Part shown: piece after piece, positions 26,813 through 32,000 of the stretch
Layout: every line of letters begins with the position of its first letter
Numbering within the stretch: position 1 is the stretch's first letter
Source of the DNA: Parasphingorhabdus sp. DH2-15
GTDB lineage: Bacteria; Pseudomonadota; Alphaproteobacteria; Sphingomonadales; Sphingomonadaceae
NCBI RefSeq assembly: GCF_051668705.1
Contig: NZ_CP196351.1
Location: 872,020 to 904,019, forward strand
Direction: 5' to 3'
Length of the DNA stretch: 32,000 bases
Notes under the pieces: model-generated
Told to the model about the DNA's origin: nothing
Databases searched by the model: none
What the model saw: the letters and a program-made list of their open reading frames with translations, nothing else
Program-made: the position numbers and the translations under genes

Positions 26813-26841
26813 ATATGGTCGGAGTGCCGCTTTGCGTCAAG
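26813..26841 (-). promoter_or_regulatory. Candidate sigma32/RpoH-type promoter of groESL
   Basis: The minus strand reads CTTGAC-N17-CCATAT immediately upstream of CIRCE. This resembles the alphaproteobacterial heat-shock consensus CTTG-N17-CYTAT. Confidence 0.5.
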
Positions 26842-26890
26842 GATTGCCTATTAATTTTTTTGATGCACGAAATTTATTTCGCAAGCGGAT

Positions 26891-26917
26891 TGTAACCCAA
26901 AGCTCTTATCTGGCGAA
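26891..26917 (+). promoter_or_regulatory. ECF sigmaF-type promoter TGTAACC-N16-CGAA upstream of the DUF2282 precursor gene
   Basis: tGTAACC (26891-26897), exactly 16 nt, then CGAA (26914-26917), about 80 nt upstream of the ATG at 26996. It matches the GTAACC-N16-CGAA motif I recall for Caulobacter sigmaF targets. No other copy with correct spacing was found on either strand of the window. Confidence 0.6.
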
Positions 26918-26926
26918 ATACGAGGT

Positions 26927-26974
26927 GGAACGTGATATTGGACATTCTGTCCGGCACGTCCTTTTGAACTTTTT
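26927..26974 (+). promoter_or_regulatory. Terminator-like compound hairpin in the leader of the precursor gene
   Basis: GGAaCGTG-atatt-GGACA-ttc-TGTCC-gg-CACGTCC, followed by TTTTgaacTTTTT. It begins only about 10 nt after the CGAA -10 element and ends about 20 nt before the ATG. Confidence 0.4.
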
Positions 26975-26995
26975 AAAAGACCAAAGGAAAAATAC

Positions 26996-27280
26996 ATGGC
27001 TAATACGCTTGTAAAAGTTACTGCAGCTGCCGCTGCTCTGGCTGCTGCCGCCTCTCTGGCTTCTGCTCCTGCCGCTGCGCAATCAAAAGAAAAATGCTAT
27101 GGCATTTCTCTCGCTGGTAAAAATGACTGTGCTGCTGGTCCAGGTACAAGCTGTGCCGGTACATCAACCGTTGATTACCAAGGCAATGCTTGGAAATATG
27201 TTGCTAAAGGCAGCTGCGTAAAACAAGGCGGTTCTTTGAAAGCGCGTAAAGGCAACAAAAAGCCAGTCGCAAGCAAATAA
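26996..27280 (+). CDS. DUF2282-family secreted four-Cys peptide, bufferin-type RiPP precursor (BufA-like)
   Basis: 94 aa. Sec-type signal [29 protein letters not shown], then [51 protein letters not shown] (family signature KEKCYG..AGKNDCA...CAG....G.C), then the Lys-rich tail [13 protein letters not shown]. Confidence 0.85.
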   Translation: MANTLVKVTAAAAALAAAASLASAPAAAQSKEKCYGISLAGKNDCAAGPGTSCAGTSTVDYQGNAWKYVAKGSCVKQGGSLKARKGNKKPVASK

Positions 27281-27301
27281 TTTTTGCGCTAATGAAATCG
27301 G

Positions 27302-28273
27302 ATGACCTCAACTGCTTATCCTGACCACGCCCAATATGGCGAAAAGTCTGCAAACTATATTGGCCAGAATATTGGTAATCGATTGAATGCATTGCCTTTA
27401 TCGGTTGGTATAGGCTTAAAGCCAGTACATTATCATGATGTTCTGGCTAGTGTGGACGATAAGATAGGCGTCATGGCGCCGGGCTGGGTAGAGGTTCATC
27501 CGCAAAATTATTTCGGTGATGGTGGTCCGCCACATAATTGGCTGACTGCCATCGCCGAACATTTTCCTCTCAGTCTTCATAGTGTTGGCCTGTCAATGGG
27601 CTCTGCCGACGGCGTAAGCCGCTATGATCTGGAGAAGATAGCTGCTTTGTGTGCGCGCTATAACCCGGCAAGTGTTTCTGATCATCTGAGCTGGAGCGGT
27701 CAAACAAGTGATCGTTATCCCGACCTTCTACCTATCCCTTATACTCAGGCGTCATTAGATCATTTTGCACGCCAGATTGATATTGTGCAGGAAAGACTGG
27801 GTCGTACTATCTTGGTGGAGAACCCGTCGCGTTATCTGGGTTATAAAGATGATGTGATGGACGAAATTGATTTCATCCATAAAATATGTGCGGCGACGGG
27901 CTGCGGCCTATTGTTCGATATAAATAATGTTGAGGTCAGTAGCACCAATATGTCTGTTATGGACCCAGAGCATCAAATGCCCGACCCAAGAGATTATATT
28001 GACGCGATCGACCCTGCAATTGTTGGGGAAATCCATTTGGCTGGTCATGCGCGCGAAGACCATGACGATGGGCCTTTGCTCATCGACGATCATGGCAGTG
28101 CAGTAAATGATCTGTGCTGGTCTTTATATGAGCGTTTTATCGCCAGATCCGGACCAAAACCAACATTGATTGAGTGGGACACGGATATACCCGATTATGC
28201 GGTTTTGATGGAGCAGGTCGCAATTGCGCGCTTGATCATGGCCAAAGCACTGCCGCATGAAGATGCTGCATAA
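27302..28273 (+). CDS. DUF692 / MNIO (multinuclear non-heme iron oxidative) enzyme, BufB/MbnB-like
   Basis: 323 aa. SVGIGLKPVHYHDVL, WVEVHPQNYFGDGG, LSLHSVGLSMGS, VSDHLSW, ILVENPSRYL, FDINNVEVS, EIHLAGH, TLIEWD: the TIM-barrel DUF692 pattern. A possible alternative start is TTG at 27383. Confidence 0.85.
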   Translation: MTSTAYPDHAQYGEKSANYIGQNIGNRLNALPLSVGIGLKPVHYHDVLASVDDKIGVMAPGWVEVHPQNYFGDGGPPHNWLTAIAEHFPLSLHSVGLSMGSADGVSRYDLEKIAALCARYNPASVSDHLSWSGQTSDRYPDLLPIPYTQASLDHFARQIDIVQERLGRTILVENPSRYLGYKDDVMDEIDFIHKICAATGCGLLFDINNVEVSSTNMSVMDPEHQMPDPRDYIDAIDPAIVGEIHLAGHAREDHDDGPLLIDDHGSAVNDLCWSLYERFIARSGPKPTLIEWDTDIPDYAVLMEQVAIARLIMAKALPHEDAA

Positions 28274-28285
28274 AGCTGATATATA

Positions 28286-29056
28286 GTGACAAAACCCGAA
28301 AGAGATAATGGTGCCGATCTCTTGGCCAGTGGCCAATCCGGCTTTATGGATGCCTTGCAAAAAGGGCCTGACCATTTGCCATCCAATTTGTTCAGTGGTT
28401 CGCGCTATCGTGCCTTTATTGGCGTAAAGGCCCATGCCAATACTATATCCCATGCACGGCTGGTCGCGCTTGAGGATACATATCCCAGACTGCGGGAGCG
28501 CTTGGGCGATGAGGCATTTAATCAACTGAGCCGCGATTATCTGGAATATGGCGATGTTCGCCAAAATGATATGAATGGTTTGGGGCGAGACTTTGCCGAA
28601 TTTATCGATGCGCAAGGTGTAGATAAAGCCAGCAGTGATTTGGCACATATCGAATGGGCCTGGCTAAAAAGCTATCATGCAGCCGATGCAGAAGCCCTTA
28701 ATATGCAGGATATTGCCGCTCTGGATGAAGCAGCATTGATGGAACTGCCCATCGCTTTGCATCCATCTGTACAGCATATCATGCTGCACGCACCATTGGC
28801 GCCGGAATTGGGGTTGGAAGTGCCCGCAGGTGATCATCTGGCTGCCATTGCGATTGTGCGTCAACAAAATGACGTTTTGCTCTTTCCGCAAACCACTGTG
28901 CAAAAAGATATTTTTATTTGCTGCAAAAATTCGGTACTGATGCGTAACCTTTTGGAATCCGCTGTCGAAACTATAGGGGAGACGCACGCTGTAGAACATA
29001 TTTTTGCTCTTGTTGGGGCAGGGTTTCTAAAGCGTTCGAACAAAAAACAAGACTAA
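28286..29056 (+). CDS. DUF2063-family protein, partner subunit of the MNIO enzyme (BufC-like)
   Basis: 256 aa, GTG start 12 nt after the DUF692 stop. FMDALQKG...YRAFIGVKAHANTISHARLVALEDTYPRLRERLGDEAFNQLSRDYL is the typical DUF2063 N-domain. Confidence 0.8.
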   Translation: MTKPERDNGADLLASGQSGFMDALQKGPDHLPSNLFSGSRYRAFIGVKAHANTISHARLVALEDTYPRLRERLGDEAFNQLSRDYLEYGDVRQNDMNGLGRDFAEFIDAQGVDKASSDLAHIEWAWLKSYHAADAEALNMQDIAALDEAALMELPIALHPSVQHIMLHAPLAPELGLEVPAGDHLAAIAIVRQQNDVLLFPQTTVQKDIFICCKNSVLMRNLLESAVETIGETHAVEHIFALVGAGFLKRSNKKQD

Positions 29057-29134
29057 CGATTGCAGCGGCTGATCAGACCATGGCTTCGACTATTTGGGCC
29101 TGCTGTTGGCCAGATTGTAAAATGGGACAATATA

Positions 29135-29590
29135 ATGAAAAATCTAATTTCAAAAATCGAAACTCTGACCGCAAACCCGTTTTTGGTGAGTGTCTTTTTG
29201 CTTCTAACACGGATTACACTAGGTGGCATCTTCTGGCGCTCGGCTACAACCCGCTTCGAAGAGGGTAGCTGGACCACATTGAATGAGAACGCAATTTACC
29301 AGTTTTCCGATGTTCCTTTTAATCAGGTGCCCGTGATTAACGGCGAATTTGGCGCGTATTTCACGACATTCAGTGAATTGGCGGTATCCATTTTATTGTT
29401 CCTTGGCTTCGCGACACGCCTGAGCGCTCTGGCAACCATTGGTATGATGAGTGTAATTCAGATTTTTGTCTTCCCGACTATCCCGCACCTTTGGGGCGTA
29501 GTCTTTATGTGGGCAATCATGGCGATTGTCCTTGTTGCGAAAGGTGGTGGAATGTTCTCAATCGACCGTCTGTTCACCAAAGCAGGATAA
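29135..29590 (+). CDS. DoxX-family inner-membrane protein
   Basis: MKNLISKIETLTANPFLVSVFLLLTRITLGGIFWRSA followed by four hydrophobic helices. The track ORF starts at TTG 29060, but I prefer the ATG at 29135. Confidence 0.75.
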   Translation: MKNLISKIETLTANPFLVSVFLLLTRITLGGIFWRSATTRFEEGSWTTLNENAIYQFSDVPFNQVPVINGEFGAYFTTFSELAVSILLFLGFATRLSALATIGMMSVIQIFVFPTIPHLWGVVFMWAIMAIVLVAKGGGMFSIDRLFTKAG

Positions 29591-29615
29591 TTCCGCTAAC
29601 TGCTTGATTGCAAAG

Positions 29616-29648
29616 TCCGGTTGGTCATCGTGACCCGCCGGATTTTTG
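29616..29648 (+). terminator. Rho-independent terminator after the DoxX gene
   Basis: TCCGG-tt-GGTCA-tcg-TGACC-cg-CCGGA followed by TTTTT. Confidence 0.75.
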
Positions 29649-29765
29649 CTAGAGAAGGAAGTGAATTTTGTTTCTTGCCAATTGTTTCGGGATGATGTGT
29701 AAGCGATAATGTTTTAAAAGGCTGCACATCTTGCAGTAAATAATGGGCATCGGATCACCCCTCTT

Positions 29766-30293
29766 ATGGCAGCAAATGAAGATAGCCTCAGGCATCTTAT
29801 GACTAAGGCGCAACAGGGTGACAAACGCTCTTATGCACTGCTGTTAGAGGAATGCCAAAAATGGTTGAAGCGCTATTATGCGCGCAAAATCCCCCCTGCC
29901 GCACTTGATGATCTGGTGCAAGAGACCTTGATTTCCGTCCATAGAAAATTGTCCAGCTATGACCCTTCAAGGCCTTTCTTGCCTTGGCTGGCGGCTATTG
30001 GCCGCTATCGCTGGATCGATCATTTGCGCAAAGTGTATCGCGCTGACGAAACCGGTTTAGAAGAAGAACTGTTGGCAGACCCTGCTGAAGAGCCGGTTTC
30101 TGCTAAAGTGAGTCTCGACAAATTATTGGATATGCTGCCGGAAAAACAGGCATCTGTTATACGCATGGTGAAAATCCAGGGCCTTTCCATTACGGAGGCA
30201 GCGGCAATGACCGGCCAATCGGAATCTCTTGTGAAGGTGAATGTGCATAGGGGCATAAAAAAAATGAATGTTTTGGTAGAAAATTCTGAGTAA
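29766..30293 (+). CDS. ECF (group IV) RNA polymerase sigma factor, SigF-like
   Basis: 175 aa. Region 2: LDDLVQETLISVHRKLSSYDPSRPFLPWLAAIGRYRWIDHLRK. Region 4: LPEKQASVIRMVKIQGLSITEAAAMTGQSESLVKVNVHRGIKKM. Confidence 0.88.
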   Translation: MAANEDSLRHLMTKAQQGDKRSYALLLEECQKWLKRYYARKIPPAALDDLVQETLISVHRKLSSYDPSRPFLPWLAAIGRYRWIDHLRKVYRADETGLEEELLADPAEEPVSAKVSLDKLLDMLPEKQASVIRMVKIQGLSITEAAAMTGQSESLVKVNVHRGIKKMNVLVENSE

Positions 30294-30441
30294 GTGTAAC
30301 TTTATCAGAATCTGCACGAATATCAGATATAGAATATCCTCTGATTGTGTTTGCAAGATTGGGAAGATGAAAGTTTGAAGCAGCTATTAGGCACTAGATA
30401 TGGCCTTAAAGCCTTGAAAATATGGAATTGAGTAAACGAAT

Positions 30442-31134
30442 ATGACAACATCTCAGGGAAATGGCGGTACCAAACAGCCATTTAGCATTGATGATCTCGT
30501 TGCTGATCTGACACCTGTGAATCCGGTGCGGATCCGTGATGGTATCGCTATGGCACTTGCGTTGACACTGTTTATTAGTGTGGCAATTTCCTTCTATCTC
30601 GGTATCCGTAGCGGCCTTGCTGCAGGAAATTTTGAGACGATTTTTGTCGCACGTACATTCGCGCTTCTGGCGCTTGGCGGTGTTAGCGCTTATGCGGCTA
30701 TGTCGCTTGCTCGTCCCGCTGTAGATACAAATCTGCGAAAAGTTGAAACCATGGCCTCACGCACGGTTTTGGGTATTTCTTCGGTTTTTCCAGTTCTTGC
30801 TTTGATTTATTTCTTTGCAGATATGCCGCGCAGCAGCGTTGAGGCCGTAGCAATTTTTGACCCATCAATTGGCCGTGAATGCCTTACTTATAGTGGCCTT
30901 TCTGCTCTTGCTATTGGTAGTGCCATAACTGTCTGGTTGCGTCGCGGTGCGGTTGTTTCACCTGAGCGTGCTGGTTGGTTGACTGGTCTTGCAGCTGGTG
31001 GCTTTGGTGCAGCAGCCTATAGCTTATTCTGCCCAATGGACAGCGTGGTTTATATCGGCACATGGTTCACAATGGCCGTTGCTATGGCCGCGGTTGCCGG
31101 ACGTTTGGCGGTTCCATCGCTGCTACGCTGGTAA
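30442..31134 (+). CDS. DUF1109 / NrsF-family six-TM anti-sigma factor
   Basis: 230 aa. N-terminus IDDLVADLTPVNPVR, then six hydrophobic helices. Two Cys (GRECLTY, LFCPMD) fall in predicted periplasm-facing loops. Confidence 0.8.
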   Translation: MTTSQGNGGTKQPFSIDDLVADLTPVNPVRIRDGIAMALALTLFISVAISFYLGIRSGLAAGNFETIFVARTFALLALGGVSAYAAMSLARPAVDTNLRKVETMASRTVLGISSVFPVLALIYFFADMPRSSVEAVAIFDPSIGRECLTYSGLSALAIGSAITVWLRRGAVVSPERAGWLTGLAAGGFGAAAYSLFCPMDSVVYIGTWFTMAVAMAAVAGRLAVPSLLRW

Positions 31135-31167
31135 GTATAAACGACCAAAACATCATTATAATCGATT

Positions 31168-31193
31168 AAAGGGGCTGCTATGCCCCTTTTTTC
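31168..31193 (+). terminator. Rho-independent terminator after the anti-sigma gene
   Basis: AAAGGGGC-tgctat-GCCCCTTT followed by TTTC. Confidence 0.8.
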
Positions 31194-31277
31194 TTGCCTA
31201 ACTGTGCAATATATCCCTTATGCGTTATGAAAAGCCTGATCTAGAGAGTGATTGGGGCAATAGGGGTTATTATTAAG

Positions 31278-32000
31278 ATGGCATTTGTCAAAGGCGCTTG
31301 GTCTATTCTGGTGGGCATTAAGGACGCATTGGTTCTTATTTTCATGCTCATATTTTTCGTTGTTTTGCTGAGTGTTTTGTCGAGCAAACCAAATCCTGCA
31401 TCTGTGCAGGAGGGTGCTTTATTATTCACACTAGACGGTGTGATTGTCGAGGAAAAGTCGGATATTGACCCTTTGACGGCCCTAACATCTGGTGCGCAGC
31501 CCATCAAAGAATTTCGTTTGCGAGATGTTGTTCGCGCCCTTGAAGGTGCAGTGGATGATGATGCCGTTAAGGTCGTTGTTTTGGACCTTGACCGTTTCCT
31601 TGGCGGCGGACAGGCCAGTATGGAAAATATCGGTGATGCTATTGCCAAAGTTCGCAAGGCGGGAAAGCCGGTTATGGCCTTTGCGACAGGCTATAGCGAT
31701 AGTGGATATCAGCTTGCCGCCCATGCGAGTGAAATCTGGATGGACCCGCTGGGGGGTGTCGTTGCGGCTGGATCAGGTGGAAACCGGCTTTATTATAAAG
31801 ACCTGATCGACCGGCTGAAAATCACAACTCACATCTATAAGGTTGGAACTTATAAAAGCGCAGTCGAGCCTTATGCGCGTAATGATCAATCGGAAGAAGC
31901 CAAAGAAGCATTGAAGGCGGTATATGATGCATTGTGGGATCGCTATTTGTACGATGTAGAAGAAGCCCGGCCAGCAGCGGGGCTGCGAGAATATACCTTG
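31278..32000 (+). CDS. sppA: Signal peptide peptidase SppA (67K type), 5' partial, running off the window
   Basis: Hand-translated open frame: MAFVKGAWSILVGIKDALVLIFMLIFFVVLLSVL...VKVVVLDLDRFLGGGQASMENIGDAIAKVRKAGKPVMAFATGYSDSGYQLAAHASEIWMDPLGG...YKVGTYKSAVEPY. It is absent from the track because no stop lies in the window. Track ORF 31241..31657 (-) is its antisense shadow. Confidence 0.85.
   Translation, partial: MAFVKGAWSILVGIKDALVLIFMLIFFVVLLSVLSSKPNPASVQEGALLFTLDGVIVEEKSDIDPLTALTSGAQPIKEFRLRDVVRALEGAVDDDAVKVVVLDLDRFLGGGQASMENIGDAIAKVRKAGKPVMAFATGYSDSGYQLAAHASEIWMDPLGGVVAAGSGGNRLYYKDLIDRLKITTHIYKVGTYKSAVEPYARNDQSEEAKEALKAVYDALWDRYLYDVEEARPAAGLREYTL

Noticed and set aside
26793-27014. 73-aa ORF spanning the groES / precursor intergenic region
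   Set aside because: It runs through CIRCE, both predicted promoters and the leader hairpin, and it overlaps the precursor start. The region is better explained as regulatory DNA.
29080-29268. 62-aa Cys-containing ORF (MASTIWACCWPDCKMG...GEC...) just after the DUF2063 gene, considered as a possible second Cys-rich precursor
   Set aside because: It has no signal peptide, no SD and no resemblance to the DUF2282 core. It also overlaps the DoxX N-terminal TM coding region in another frame, where the DoxX frame gives a typical family N-terminus.
29649-29765. Possible autoregulatory ECF promoter upstream of the sigma gene (TGTAAGC... at about 29708)
   Set aside because: The -35-like word differs from GTAACC, and no CGAA lies 16 nt downstream. 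I treat the sigma gene as not obviously autoregulated.
31241-31806. Track ORFs 31241..31657 (-), 31482..31724 (-) and 31492..31806 (+)
   Set aside because: All overlap a much better open frame starting at 31278 (+) that reads as SppA and runs off the window. These are alternative-frame or antisense artefacts.

Overview
The window looks like a chromosomal segment of an alphaproteobacterium, judged sphingomonad-like from GroEL/PolA/ArgH sequence character. GC content is moderate by eye. Most of it is conserved housekeeping: an FeS-type photolyase and queF, tRNA-Val, tlpA-like/argH/lipoprotein/lysA, two PaaI thioesterases, a membrane cytochrome c, pheA, polA, mlaA, groES-groEL with CIRCE, and the start of sppA. 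I saw no rRNA, CRISPR array, transposase, integrase or obvious prophage.

Four regions are not ordinary:
1. 26.9-31.1 kb holds a complete bufferin-type RiPP / metal-stress locus. It comprises a Sec-exported four-Cys DUF2282 precursor, a DUF692 (MNIO) enzyme, a DUF2063 partner and DoxX, followed by an ECF sigma factor and a DUF1109 (NrsF-type) anti-sigma. An exact GTAACC-N16-CGAA ECF-type promoter and a terminator-like leader hairpin precede the precursor. This is my best candidate for the interesting system.
2. 9.18-11.2 kb holds a tightly packed cassette I cannot assign to any family: a 50-aa acidic/hydrophobic peptide plus two ~300-aa proteins with HEAT-like C-termini, one carrying a cupin-like HxH...H motif.
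3. Two paralogous winged-helix regulators share a FADPAWDILLDLYAA signature. One sits beside a strongly AT-rich, palindrome-rich 330-bp intergenic region and an orphan LuxR with an intact AHL-pocket residue pattern.
4. A c-di-GMP neighbourhood contains a 7TM-GGDEF protein and a PAS-GGDEF-EAL-PilZ fusion, flanking two small unknown ORFs.

All family assignments come from motif recognition by eye; no searches were run.
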